Positions 39,563-48,981 of a stretch of 50,565 bases of DNA are shown piece after piece. Position numbers and translations under genes: made by a program. Every line of letters begins with the position of its first letter. Within the stretch, counting starts at the first letter, position 1. A model generated the notes under the pieces. The model saw only the letters and a list, made by a program, of their open reading frames with translations, did no database searches and was not told the DNA's origin. This DNA is from Myxococcales bacterium (GTDB taxonomy: Bacteria; Myxococcota_A; Polyangia; Polyangiales; Polyangiaceae): assembly GCA_043747615.1 (NCBI GenBank), contig JAYTOU010000070.1:1-50565 (forward strand). Reading direction: 5' to 3'.

Positions 39563-39985
39563 CTAGTTGCAGACGCTCGGGCAGCTTGCTCTCGCGCAGT
39601 CGGTCCAGGCGGCTTGGGCCGCTACCGAGCCAGCGTGGGCGGACTTGCACCCATCGAAGCACGCTTGCTGAGCGCCGGCGTCCATCGCCACGCAAGACAA
39701 CTCGCACGCGTTGAGTAGGTTGCAGTCGGTCGGACCTGCATCCCGCGCCATGGCGAAGCACGCGTTGACCACCGGGCAGCAGTTCATCTGCAGGCAGCCC
39801 GTGCAGTCCGGGTTGTTCATGACGACGATATCGAGGACACACCCTCCGTCGCCGCCGTCGTGCTTCTTGGCATCGGAGCTACCGGCGTCACACGGCGCGC
39901 CGTCGCAGGCTCCCCCGCCCGGCGTCGTCGTCGCGGTGCTGCACGCCGCAAGGAAGAGCACGACCAAGCTTCCAAATTTCGTCAT
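39563..39985 (-). CDS. Cys-rich lipoprotein
   Basis: LAAC lipobox, repeated CxxC/CxxxC, GAGGAG RBS just after the ggt stop. Confidence 0.72.
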   Translation of the reverse strand: MTKFGSLVVLFLAACSTATTTPGGGACDGAPCDAGSSDAKKHDGGDGGCVLDIVVMNNPDCTGCLQMNCCPVVNACFAMARDAGPTDCNLLNACELSCVAMDAGAQQACFDGCKSAHAGSVAAQAAWTDCARASCPSVCN

Positions 39986-39999
39986 CGGTATGCTCCTCA

Positions 40000-41787
40000 T
40001 CACAATCCCGCCGCGAGCGCGCCCATTCTTCGGGGCTCCGCCGCTCCTACCCATTCGAGGCCAGAGCGACCGATCGCCGGCGCGTCGGCGATGTGGCCAC
40101 GCTGCTTCAGTGTGTAGCCCATCGCCTCGAGGCGCTTGGCCGTGACCTCGGAGATTCCGTCTTTCTCGTAGGACACCGTGTCGGGCAGGTGCTGCATGTG
40201 AAAGCGCGGTGCACCGACGGCGGCTCCGATGTCGAGCCCGAAGTCGACCACGTTCGAGATCTCCTGGAAAACCGCCGTGATGATGGTGGGCCCGCCCGCC
40301 GCTCCTCCGACGAAGATGACGTTCCCGTCCGGCGTCGTGACGATCGTGGGTGCCATGGATGACAGCATACGCTTGCCCGGGGCGATTGCATTGGCCTCAC
40401 CTTGCACGAGACCAAATCCGTTGGCAGTGCCGGGCACCGACGCGAAGTCGTCCATCTCGTTGTTGAGGACGAAGCCAGCCCCCTTTACGGTGACGCCTGA
40501 GCCGTACCACCAGTTGACGGTCGTCGTGAGCGCAACGGCGTTGCCATTCCCATCCACCACCGAAAAATGTGTCGTGTGCGGCCCGCTCGCGGACGCAGGC
40601 CCGGCGGTGACGATCTCCGAGGATGGCGTGGCGCGCTCCGGCGAAATCGTGGCGCGCTGCTGCGTGGCCCACGCGTCCGACAGAAGCTGCTCGAGCGGCA
40701 TCTTGACGAAGTCTGGATCGCCGAGCTTCGCGTTGCGTGCGGCGTAAGACCGACGCATGGCCTCGAACACGAAGTGGAGCTCCTCGGGCGATTGCCATCC
40801 GAGCTTCTTGAGATCGTAACCCTCAACGATGTGGCAGATCATGGCGAGCGTCACTCCGCCAGAGGACGGAGGCGGCATCGAGGTAATGCGGTGGCCTCGG
40901 TAGGTGAACTCGAGCGGCGCCCGCCACTTCGCTTTGTAGGCCTTCAGATCGGCGTGAGTGATGAGGCCGTGGTCGGCCTTCATTTGGGCGACGATCGCGT
41001 CGGCCGTGGGCCCCTCGTAGAATCCCTTGGGACCCTTTTCGGCGATTCGCTTCAGGGTGACGGCGAGCTCTGGATTCTTGAAGGTCGAGCCGAGCGCCGG
41101 GGGCGATCCATTCGGAAAAAAGAGAGCGGACGACGTCGGGTACGCCTTCAGGTGCTCCGAGCTCTTCAGCGTCTCGAGAAAACTTTCGTCGACGACGAAG
41201 CCCTGCTCGGCAAGAGCGATCGCCGGCGCGAGCACCTCGGCCCACGTCTTCTTCTTCGACCCGAGCGCGTGATGCAGCTCCCAGAGCCCGGCCACACTCC
41301 CCGGAACGGCGGCGGACTTGATCCCCTCGCGGGCGTCGCTCGTCGCCTTCCCCGCAGCGTCGACGTACATGTCTCGCTTGGCAGCGGCAGGCGCTGTCTC
41401 CCGAAAGTCTATGCTCCGCACGTCGGTGCCCATGCGAGCCACGGCGAAACCGCCACCGCCCACGTTGCCAGCGGTTGGGTAGCTGACCGCAATCGCAAAG
41501 GCCGTGGCGACGGCGGCGTCGACCGCGTTGCCCCCGGCAGCGAGCATGTCGCGCCCGACGATGGATCCAATCGCGTTGTCAGTGACGACCATCCCGTGCA
41601 CGCCGCGGACCGTGACCGGTGACGTGTACGGCCAGGCGGCTCGGGGAGAACCGGCGTCGACGACGGCGGCAGGCGCAGCAGCGAGCGCGACCGTGGCAAC
41701 GGACGCGGCGGGCCGGGAAGGCGCGGGGGTCGGAGCCGCACACCCGAGGACGGCGAGCGCGGCGAAAGCGAGCGGGCGAAGACGCAT
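40000..41787 (-). CDS. ggt: gamma-glutamyltransferase (lipoprotein)
   Basis: GGNAVDAAVA, DFRETAP, PPPSSGG, HTTHFS autocleavage Thr, LNNEMDDF, PGKRMLSSM; VLGC lipobox. Confidence 0.95.
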   Translation of the reverse strand: MRLRPLAFAALAVLGCAAPTPAPSRPAASVATVALAAAPAAVVDAGSPRAAWPYTSPVTVRGVHGMVVTDNAIGSIVGRDMLAAGGNAVDAAVATAFAIAVSYPTAGNVGGGGFAVARMGTDVRSIDFRETAPAAAKRDMYVDAAGKATSDAREGIKSAAVPGSVAGLWELHHALGSKKKTWAEVLAPAIALAEQGFVVDESFLETLKSSEHLKAYPTSSALFFPNGSPPALGSTFKNPELAVTLKRIAEKGPKGFYEGPTADAIVAQMKADHGLITHADLKAYKAKWRAPLEFTYRGHRITSMPPPSSGGVTLAMICHIVEGYDLKKLGWQSPEELHFVFEAMRRSYAARNAKLGDPDFVKMPLEQLLSDAWATQQRATISPERATPSSEIVTAGPASASGPHTTHFSVVDGNGNAVALTTTVNWWYGSGVTVKGAGFVLNNEMDDFASVPGTANGFGLVQGEANAIAPGKRMLSSMAPTIVTTPDGNVIFVGGAAGGPTIITAVFQEISNVVDFGLDIGAAVGAPRFHMQHLPDTVSYEKDGISEVTAKRLEAMGYTLKQRGHIADAPAIGRSGLEWVGAAEPRRMGALAAGL

Positions 41788-42045
41788 GCCCGGAGCGTAG
41801 TCGACCTTCCGCCGAACTTCAGCGCTGGTGCGTGGGCGCACGCGAAAGTTCTTTCTGCCTCGAGCTCTCGGACAATTCGCTTTAAATCAGCCGCCGCACG
41901 CCTCACGTGGGATCGGCGCAGCAGCGAAAGCCCGTGGAGTAGTCGTGGTACTTCGGCCCGTGCGAATGGGGCCTCTCATGACCTTCGGCATCGAGCTCGA
42001 CGACATGCGCTTCGTAGATGTCGGAAAACCGCGCGAAGCGCAACC

Positions 42046-42651
42046 ATGAAGGCTCGCGCGACATCTCACGCTCGTGATGGAGGCCCCTTGAAACCACGCG
42101 GTGAAAACGGAGGGGACGATCGTTCTCCTCGACCGCGTGCCGAGCGGACCACGCCGCCGTCGCCCCTGGAGCCAAGGCCGAGCGAGCGACCCACGGGCAT
42201 GCCTGCCTTCGATTTACCGACGTTTGCTAAGCATCATTGCGACACGCCGGACCGCGGTCTCGACGCCGTCAAACCGGCCGATCCGCGCGTTCAAGAGCTC
42301 GCCGACCGACTGCGCCGGCGTGACTACGACACTGCGCTCCGCGTGGCGCACGCGATCCTCCGCGATCGCCCCGATGACATGGTGGCCCTGTCGAGCATCG
42401 ACGAGTGTCGAACCTCGCTCGAGTCGCTTCACGCGTTCTCCTCGTCCGCGATGATGCGTACGCCGTCGCTCGCGGTCGGCGGTCCGGCGTTGCAGACGCT
42501 GCCCCTCGATCACAGAGCGGGCTTCATCCTCTCGCTGGTCGATGGGCGCTCGACGGTGTCGCTCATCCTGGACATGTGCCCGATGCCGCGCCCGGAGACG
42601 CTCGCGGTGATCTTCGCGCTGGTCGAAGACCACGTGCTCGTTCTGGAGTGA
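42046..42651 (+). CDS. hypothetical protein with a C-terminal winged-helix-like segment
   Basis: LPLDHRAGFILSLVDGRSTV motif recalled from myxobacterial proteins; start uncertain. Confidence 0.6.
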   Translation: MKARATSHARDGGPLKPRGENGGDDRSPRPRAERTTPPSPLEPRPSERPTGMPAFDLPTFAKHHCDTPDRGLDAVKPADPRVQELADRLRRRDYDTALRVAHAILRDRPDDMVALSSIDECRTSLESLHAFSSSAMMRTPSLAVGGPALQTLPLDHRAGFILSLVDGRSTVSLILDMCPMPRPETLAVIFALVEDHVLVLE

Positions 42652-42666
42652 CCTGCGGCGACCGCT

Positions 42667-43056
42667 CTAGGGCCGCGTAGCGTCGGAGGGTCCGAAGAGC
42701 TTGGCCTGCTTCGCGGCGAGATCTTTGATGAGTGTCTCGCACCCCACGAGCGGTGCGTCGAACTGGACGCCCGCGCTGAACGGCCACATCGGAAGATCGA
42801 TGGGACGGACCTCGAAGCGCACCACTTTGCCGTGAACTTCGAGCGGCTCTTTCACGTCCCCGATGTAGAGAAGCAGCTTGAGCGACTGACCTTCGACAAG
42901 GCGCGCACGGGTGAGGAGATTTGCTCCCTGCGCGCTCACGTCGCGGATGAGCGCCGTCCGTTGCTCGTCATTCATTTCGATGTAGGCGGGGAAGCATGCA
43001 AGCTCGCGCTTCCCCAGTCTGCGTTCCGAGTCCGCCGGTCGTTCAGAGTCCGCCAT
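42667..43056 (-). CDS. single-domain PilZ protein
   Basis: RLGKR (RxxxR) and DVSAQG (DxSxxG) motifs intact; GVQF. Confidence 0.85.
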   Translation of the reverse strand: MADSERPADSERRLGKRELACFPAYIEMNDEQRTALIRDVSAQGANLLTRARLVEGQSLKLLLYIGDVKEPLEVHGKVVRFEVRPIDLPMWPFSAGVQFDAPLVGCETLIKDLAAKQAKLFGPSDATRP

Positions 43057-43095
43057 GTGATCCCACGATACGCGATCGCTGGTACACTCGCGAGC

Positions 43096-44181
43096 GTGGA
43101 CTACCTCGAATTTACAGCAATCAAACCGATCCGTCATCTCCTCGTGGACCCAGATATCTCCGAGATCATGATCAACGGCTGCAATAAGCTGTTCGTCGAG
43201 AAGGGCGGAAAGATCATCGCGCTCAAGCCGATCTTCCATTCGCAGACCGCTCTTGATTCGTGCGTGGAGTCGCTCATGGGGCTCACGGGCCGCGCGGTGA
43301 ATGCGCGCTCGCCGTTCGTCGATTTTCGTTTACCCGACGGTTCGCGGATCAACGTGGTCGTTCCGCCGATCGCGCTCGATGGGCCCTATGTCACCATTCG
43401 CCGCGTCACGAAGTCCCTGAAGACGCTGGACGACATCGTGGCGAAGGAGACGCTGACCGCGCGCATGGCGGATTTTCTCTGCGCTTGCGTAGACGCCCGG
43501 ATGAACATGATCTTCACGGGCGGAACGGGCTCCGGAAAGACGACGCTGCTCGGCATGTTGAGCGCGTCTATCGCCGAGGACGAGCGCATCGTAGTCATCG
43601 AGGACACCGCCGAGCTCGAGCTCGCTCAGCCGCACGTGGTGCGCATGGAGTGCCGCCCGCCGAACATCGAAGGGTCCGGCGCGATCGTGCTCGCTGACCT
43701 CCTCAAAAACAGCATGCGCATGCGGCCCACGCGGATCATCGTCGGTGAGGTGCGCGGCGAGGAAGCGTTCGATCTCCTCGGCGCGATGAGCAGCGGACAC
43801 GAGGGGGGCTTCGCCGTTCTTCACGCCAGCTCGCCGGCGCAGGCGCTTCAGCGTCTGGGAATGATGGTCTTGAGCAAGGGCCTCCCCTTCCCGCTCTGGG
43901 CGATCCAGAACCAGATCGCTTCCGCCATCGACATCATCGTCCAGCACGCCTTCGAGCCGGACGGATCGCGTCGGGTGACGCACATCACGTCCGTCGAAGG
44001 CGTGAAGGACGAGGTCGTTCACATCGAGGACCTCTTCGTCTTCGACCACGACGGCGTCGACAAGAACGGGAAGATGGGCGGCCGCTTCGTCTGCACTGGA
44101 TTCAAGCCGAGATCCCTCCCCCGTATCCGTCGCGCGTGCGGCGTCGGCGTCGATCAGCTTCTCTTGAAGGGAATTTGCTGA
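43096..44181 (+). CDS. cpaF: CpaF/TadA family pilus assembly ATPase
   Basis: DPDISEIMING, RLPDGSRINVV, GGTGSGKTT, IEDTAEL, MRPTRIIVGEVRG, GHEG..H. Confidence 0.9.
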   Translation: MDYLEFTAIKPIRHLLVDPDISEIMINGCNKLFVEKGGKIIALKPIFHSQTALDSCVESLMGLTGRAVNARSPFVDFRLPDGSRINVVVPPIALDGPYVTIRRVTKSLKTLDDIVAKETLTARMADFLCACVDARMNMIFTGGTGSGKTTLLGMLSASIAEDERIVVIEDTAELELAQPHVVRMECRPPNIEGSGAIVLADLLKNSMRMRPTRIIVGEVRGEEAFDLLGAMSSGHEGGFAVLHASSPAQALQRLGMMVLSKGLPFPLWAIQNQIASAIDIIVQHAFEPDGSRRVTHITSVEGVKDEVVHIEDLFVFDHDGVDKNGKMGGRFVCTGFKPRSLPRIRRACGVGVDQLLLKGIC

Positions 44182-44185
44182 CCTC

Positions 44186-45037
44186 ATGAAGCCCGTCATC
44201 GACCGCGATCTCGAGGGGAAATTCATCGTCATCACCGGCGCCAACACCGGCATCGGCCGGGTCACCGCCGAGGTTCTTGCCGCGCGCGGCGCCGAGGTCG
44301 TCCTCGCCTGTCGCTCCGAAGAACGCACCGCCCCGGTGCTCGAAGCCATCCGCGCCGCGGGGGGCAAAGCTCAGTTTGCAGAGCTCGATCTCGGTGATCT
44401 CGCGTCGGTGCGCGCGTGCGCAACGAAGCTGCTCGCGTTGGATCGGCCGGTAGACGTGCTCATCAACAATGCGGGCGTCGCCGGAAAGCGCGGCCTCACG
44501 AAAGACGGATTCGAGCTCGCCTTCGGTACCAACCACCTCGGGCATTTCCTGCTCACGGTGATGCTCGCTCCTCGCCTTAGGGCCGCAAAGAGCGCGCGCG
44601 TCGTCACGGTCTCCAGCAAGGCGCACGTGGGAGCAAAGACTGGAATCGACTACGCGCTCGTTCGGAAATCGACGCAGGCGGTCGGCGGGCTCCCGGAGTA
44701 CGGCGTCTCCAAGCTCGCGAACATCTACTTCACGAAGGAGCTCGCGCGCAGGCTCGACGGCGTGCATGCGTACGCACTCCACCCCGGCGTAGTTGCCTCC
44801 GATATATGGCGGCAAGTTCCGTGGGGACTGAGCTGGCTCATGAAGCTCTTCATGATCTCCAACGAAGAGGGCGCGAAGACGACGCTCTACTGCGCGACGT
44901 CACCCGAGGTCGCAGGCGACGTCGGGCTCTACTACGACAAGTGCAAGGCGCTGACTCCGAGCAGCATCGCCTGCGACCCGGAGAAGGCCCGCGAGTGCTG
45001 GGAAAAGAGCGCCGAGTACGTTGGCGCCGATCTGTGA
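44186..45037 (+). CDS. short-chain dehydrogenase/reductase (retinol dehydrogenase-like)
   Basis: TGANTGIG, NNAG, TNHLGHF, YGVSK. Confidence 0.92.
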   Translation: MKPVIDRDLEGKFIVITGANTGIGRVTAEVLAARGAEVVLACRSEERTAPVLEAIRAAGGKAQFAELDLGDLASVRACATKLLALDRPVDVLINNAGVAGKRGLTKDGFELAFGTNHLGHFLLTVMLAPRLRAAKSARVVTVSSKAHVGAKTGIDYALVRKSTQAVGGLPEYGVSKLANIYFTKELARRLDGVHAYALHPGVVASDIWRQVPWGLSWLMKLFMISNEEGAKTTLYCATSPEVAGDVGLYYDKCKALTPSSIACDPEKARECWEKSAEYVGADL

Positions 45038-45054
45038 GCCTCGCGCACGCCCGG

Positions 45055-45693
45055 CTATTTCTTGACGAGCGTGAAAGCCTGGTTCCATCCGCCAGTGCGC
45101 ACGCCCACCGTCACCCAGAGCCAGCACATCGGCTCGAGGGGGCGAGCGCCTTCCATGCCTCCGATGTCGATGGGGTTCCAGCCAAAGGCCGTGATGATCT
45201 CGGCCACCGATTTTTTTGCGCTGTCGTCGTTGCCGCAGAAGAACATGTCCGCCGGCCCGCTCTTGAACTCCGGCTTGAACATGAGGGCGTTGCCCACGGT
45301 GTTGAAGACCTTCACGACCTTGGCGTCGGGAAGAGCGCGCTGGATTTGCTCACCACCCGAGTCGTTGAAGCCGCGCTCTAGACCGACCGGCTGGCCTCCT
45401 TCGTGCTTGAGCGGATTGGTCACGTCGAGGACGACCTTGCCCTTGAAGCTCTCTTTGCCGGCGGCTTCGATGGCGGCCTCGGTGCCCTCGCCGAGCGTGG
45501 CCAGGACGAGGATCTCGCCGAACTTCGCAACCTCGGCGAACGAGCCCTGCGACGCGTTCTTGCCTTCCTTCGCGACCCAGCCTTTGAGCTTCTCGTTCTT
45601 GGCGTCTCGCGACCCAATCTTGACCTGATTTCCCAGCGCGGCGAAGCCATGACCGAGTGCTTGTCCGACGCTTCGCCAAAGCCAATTTGACAC
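45055..45693 (-). CDS. NADPH-dependent F420 reductase-like oxidoreductase; N-terminal Rossmann motif looks damaged
   Basis: VGQALG, IGSR, LDVTNPL, SGGEQIQ, VVKVFNTV, FCGNDD, DIGG. Confidence 0.8.
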   Translation of the reverse strand: MSNWLWRSVGQALGHGFAALGNQVKIGSRDAKNEKLKGWVAKEGKNASQGSFAEVAKFGEILVLATLGEGTEAAIEAAGKESFKGKVVLDVTNPLKHEGGQPVGLERGFNDSGGEQIQRALPDAKVVKVFNTVGNALMFKPEFKSGPADMFFCGNDDSAKKSVAEIITAFGWNPIDIGGMEGARPLEPMCWLWVTVGVRTGGWNQAFTLVKK

Positions 45694-45722
45694 CGGCCGC
45701 GACGCTGCCAGAGTCTCGCCCC

Positions 45723-46472
45723 ATGACCACCGCTGCTGAGCTTCAAGTCCGCGTAGATCTCGCCGCCTGCTACCGCCTCGTCGCCCACTACGGTTGGGAC
45801 GACATGATCTTCACGCACATCTCGGCGCGCGTTCCCGGGCCGGAAGATCACCTCCTCCTCAACCCGTTCGGCATGCTCTTCGAGGAGATCACGGCCTCGA
45901 GTCTCGTGAAAGTCGATCTCGAAGGAAACATCGTCGGCGCGTCCGATTACTTCATCAACCCCGCCGGCTTCACGGTGCACAGCTCGGTGCACTCCGCACG
46001 CCACGACGCAGGCTGCGTCCTGCACCTTCACACCCGCTGCGGCTCGGCCGTCTCGGCGCAGGTCGAAGGCCTCCTGCCGCTCACGCAGCACGCGATGGTC
46101 TTCCACGGCAAGGTCGCCTACCACACCTACGAAGGCATCGCGCTGAACCTCGAAGAGCGCTCGCGCCTCCAAGCAGACCTCGGACAGAAGCACGCGATGA
46201 TTCTCCGGAACCACGGGACACTCACGGTCGGAGCCACGGTGGCGGAAGCCTTCATGCGCATGTACTGGCTCGAGCGCGCGTGCGAAATGCAGATCGCCGC
46301 GCTCGGTGGCGGTGGTGGGGACGCCAAGAGCCGCGCGCTCGTCATGCCGCCGAGTGACGTCTGCGAGCTCACCGCGAACCAGGGCGAGCTCGTGTGGGGC
46401 GGCGGAAGCGCCCTTGCTTGGCCCGGCCTTCTGCGAATGCTCGACCGCCGCGACAAATCTTTTCGCGACTAG
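45723..46472 (+). CDS. class II aldolase/adducin family protein
   Basis: DLAACYRL, FTHISAR, ITASSLVKVD, HLHT, LRNHG. Confidence 0.92.
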   Translation: MTTAAELQVRVDLAACYRLVAHYGWDDMIFTHISARVPGPEDHLLLNPFGMLFEEITASSLVKVDLEGNIVGASDYFINPAGFTVHSSVHSARHDAGCVLHLHTRCGSAVSAQVEGLLPLTQHAMVFHGKVAYHTYEGIALNLEERSRLQADLGQKHAMILRNHGTLTVGATVAEAFMRMYWLERACEMQIAALGGGGGDAKSRALVMPPSDVCELTANQGELVWGGGSALAWPGLLRMLDRRDKSFRD

Positions 46473-46522
46473 GCCGGTGTGGTGGCCATCCCGCGCCACG
46501 GTCTCCCGAAGGTCGACTAGGC

Positions 46523-46768
46523 CTATCTACAGACGGTGCCGGAACGGCGCGATGCCCAACAGGTGCGCTGACGCAGGTCGTTCGCGTGCGCGAGCGGCTT
46601 GCTCGGATCGATTTCCGGAAGCGGCTTCGCATTGGCGGGCGCAGGGGCCATAACGATCCGCTCCTCGGCGACTGAGGCCCGCGGTGACGGATCGTGCGCG
46701 CACCCCGGCAACAGCAACATCGCGCTCACGGCCGACAACCACCCTCGCAACCCGTTCATCCTATGCAT
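46523..46768 (-). CDS. small lipoprotein, paralog of 46788-47054
   Basis: LPGC lipobox; shared VAEE..VMAP...LPEIDP.K.L motif. Confidence 0.55.
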   Translation of the reverse strand: MHRMNGLRGWLSAVSAMLLLPGCAHDPSPRASVAEERIVMAPAPANAKPLPEIDPSKPLAHANDLRQRTCWASRRSGTVCR

Positions 46769-46787
46769 ATTACACCTTTTTCTAATG

Positions 46788-47054
46788 TCATCGAGGGGTC
46801 GACGGCGGGGCGCCGTTCTGTTCGGCGTCTCGCAAGCTCTTGCAGTCGATGGACCGACGTACCGCGAGGCAGCGGGTGTACACGTCCTTCGCGTAATGCA
46901 GCTCCTTCGTCGGATCGATCTCCGGGAGTGCCGGCTCGCCCGGCGTCGGCGCCATCACCCTTGGCTCCTCGGCGACAGGAGCATGCGCTCTCAGCGGCGC
47001 GGCGCATCCCGACAGTAGAAGTAGCGCGCAAACTACGCTGACGGTCGTGGGCAT
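46788..47054 (-). CDS. small lipoprotein (88 aa)
   Basis: LSGC lipobox; VAEEPRVMAP...LPEIDPTKELHYAKD..RC. Confidence 0.62.
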   Translation of the reverse strand: MPTTVSVVCALLLLSGCAAPLRAHAPVAEEPRVMAPTPGEPALPEIDPTKELHYAKDVYTRCLAVRRSIDCKSLRDAEQNGAPPSTPR

Positions 47055-47108
47055 CTCCTCGAGTCTACCCGTTCCCGGCTCGCCGCGAGATGATGTACAA
47101 CGGGAGTC

Positions 47109-47552
47109 ATGAAGCTCCCCAAGCAGGCATTCCTCGCCCTCGCGGCCATAGGCTGGGTCGATGGCTCGCTGCAGCGAATCGAGTCGGTCGGCCTCTTGCG
47201 CGCGGCGAAGGAAGCCGAGCTGTCGCCCGCGGATCTTGCGGAGGTCGAGAAGGCCGCAAAAAATAAGCTGACCCTCGCCGACGTCGACGTCTCCGGCATC
47301 AGTGAGTTCGGACAGGTGCTCACCTATGCGCTCGCCGCGTGGTTCGCTCAGCTCGACGGCGTCATCTCCACCAGCGAGCACACCACGATGGTTGCTCTCG
47401 GAGACAAGCTCGGCCTCGCCGCTCCGCTCCGCCTCCGCGCCGCCGCCGTCGCCAACGACATCGCCTGCTTGCCCGAAGGCGGTCGGCCGGAGCGGTACGA
47501 TTTTCAGAAGCTCGCGACGCGCCTCAGGGAGCGCATGCCGCAGCTGAAATAA
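47109..47552 (+). CDS. TerB-like helical protein
   Basis: Two (V/L)DG...E repeats (WVDGSLQRIE, LDGVISTSE). Confidence 0.6.
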   Translation: MKLPKQAFLALAAIGWVDGSLQRIESVGLLRAAKEAELSPADLAEVEKAAKNKLTLADVDVSGISEFGQVLTYALAAWFAQLDGVISTSEHTTMVALGDKLGLAAPLRLRAAAVANDIACLPEGGRPERYDFQKLATRLRERMPQLK

Positions 47553-47571
47553 GCCTATTTTGGAGGACATC

Positions 47572-48585
47572 ATGCGGGCGACGATCTTCGCGCTCTTCAT
47601 CGTCGGCTGTGGCTCGTCGGCGACGGCGGCACCCACCGATGCGGGCCCTGACGCTGCGAGCGATGCGTCGGTCCCCGATCCGGGCACCTATGCGGTGGCG
47701 AGCGGGCAGGACTTTCCGCATGGCGTCGCGGTCGACGCTGCGTGGGTCTACTGGTCGAACGTCGTAGAAGGGACGATCCGCAAAGCCGACAAGCACGGCG
47801 CGGGCAAACCAATCCTCGTCGTTGGTGGCCAGAACGAGCCCGAGCGCCTGGTGACCGACGCCGGCTATCTCTATTGGACGAACGCGGGCACACCGTCGTC
47901 GACCTTCTTCGACGGAGAGCTTGCGCGCATTTCCCTCGACCCGGCTGGCGACGGAGCGCGGCAGGTGCTCGCCTCGAATCAACGGCGCATTGCCGACGTC
48001 GCGCTCGACCGCGACCACGTCTACTGGGTGGTCACTGGAACACAGACCGGCGGCCACTACTTCGCCGACGGATCCATCTGGCGTGCGAACAAGGACGGCA
48101 GCGCGCCAGAAATGCTTGCTGAGATGCAAAATTTCCCCTCGCGCATCGCGGTGGACAGCACCCACGTCTACTGGACGAACGACTACGCCGGCACGATCAT
48201 GCGGTGCGGAATCGCCGGCTGTAACCTCAGCCCCGAGACGCTCTACCAGATGCAAGACGAGCCGTCGGGGATCGCTCTCGATGCCACGAGCGTTTACTGG
48301 GCGAACTACCACGGCGGGTCGGTGATGAAGGGCTCGTTAGACGGGAAAACGCAGGCGATCGCGCTCGCGGAGTCGCGGGGTCTCATCGACGCTCTCACCA
48401 CGGACGGAGTTACGCTTTTCTGGACGGAGGCGATCACCCACGACGTGATGGGCATCTCCACCGCGGGGGGCTCCGTGTCGCCGCGTGCGACCGATCAGAA
48501 GCTCCCACTCGACCTCAAAGTCGACGAGCAAGCGGTGTACTGGACGGACGAGACGAGCGGGACGGTGATGCGCGCTCCGAAGTAA
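47572..48585 (+). CDS. beta-propeller lipoprotein (YWTD-like repeats)
   Basis: IVGC lipobox; 7 repeats of P..(I/V)A(V/L)D...VYW; GGAGG RBS. Confidence 0.82.
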   Translation: MRATIFALFIVGCGSSATAAPTDAGPDAASDASVPDPGTYAVASGQDFPHGVAVDAAWVYWSNVVEGTIRKADKHGAGKPILVVGGQNEPERLVTDAGYLYWTNAGTPSSTFFDGELARISLDPAGDGARQVLASNQRRIADVALDRDHVYWVVTGTQTGGHYFADGSIWRANKDGSAPEMLAEMQNFPSRIAVDSTHVYWTNDYAGTIMRCGIAGCNLSPETLYQMQDEPSGIALDATSVYWANYHGGSVMKGSLDGKTQAIALAESRGLIDALTTDGVTLFWTEAITHDVMGISTAGGSVSPRATDQKLPLDLKVDEQAVYWTDETSGTVMRAPK

Positions 48586-48608
48586 CTCGGGCGCGGATGA
48601 CCCCACCC

Positions 48609-48869
48609 TTACGCCCGGATCAGCGCGCCGAGCTCGCCGGCCGCGTCGAGCGCCACCAGCTCGGTGGAGCCGCCAATACACGCGCCGTGGATGAAGATCT
48701 GAGGGACCGTCTTTTGCCCGCTCTTCTGCGCGAGCCACGCCCGGCGCTCCTTGTTGCCCGTGAGATCGATCTCGTCGAAGTCGTAGCCGCGCTCCTCGAG
48801 CAGACTCTTTGCCCGCAGGCAGAACGGGCACCATCGCTTCGTGTAGATGACGATTGCTTTTTCGCTCAC
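48609..48869 (-). CDS. glutaredoxin (Grx3-like)
   Basis: CPFC, TVPQIFI, IGG. Confidence 0.9.
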   Translation of the reverse strand: MSEKAIVIYTKRWCPFCLRAKSLLEERGYDFDEIDLTGNKERRAWLAQKSGQKTVPQIFIHGACIGGSTELVALDAAGELGALIRA

Positions 48870-48981
48870 CGCCAGAGGATGCCGCGAAACCGCGCTCGCC
48901 GCCGCTTCTTTCCGAAATCGAGGTGCCAAACCGCGACGGTGATTGGTAACGTCTGCGGATGCCTCAGCTACGGAGCCGCGC

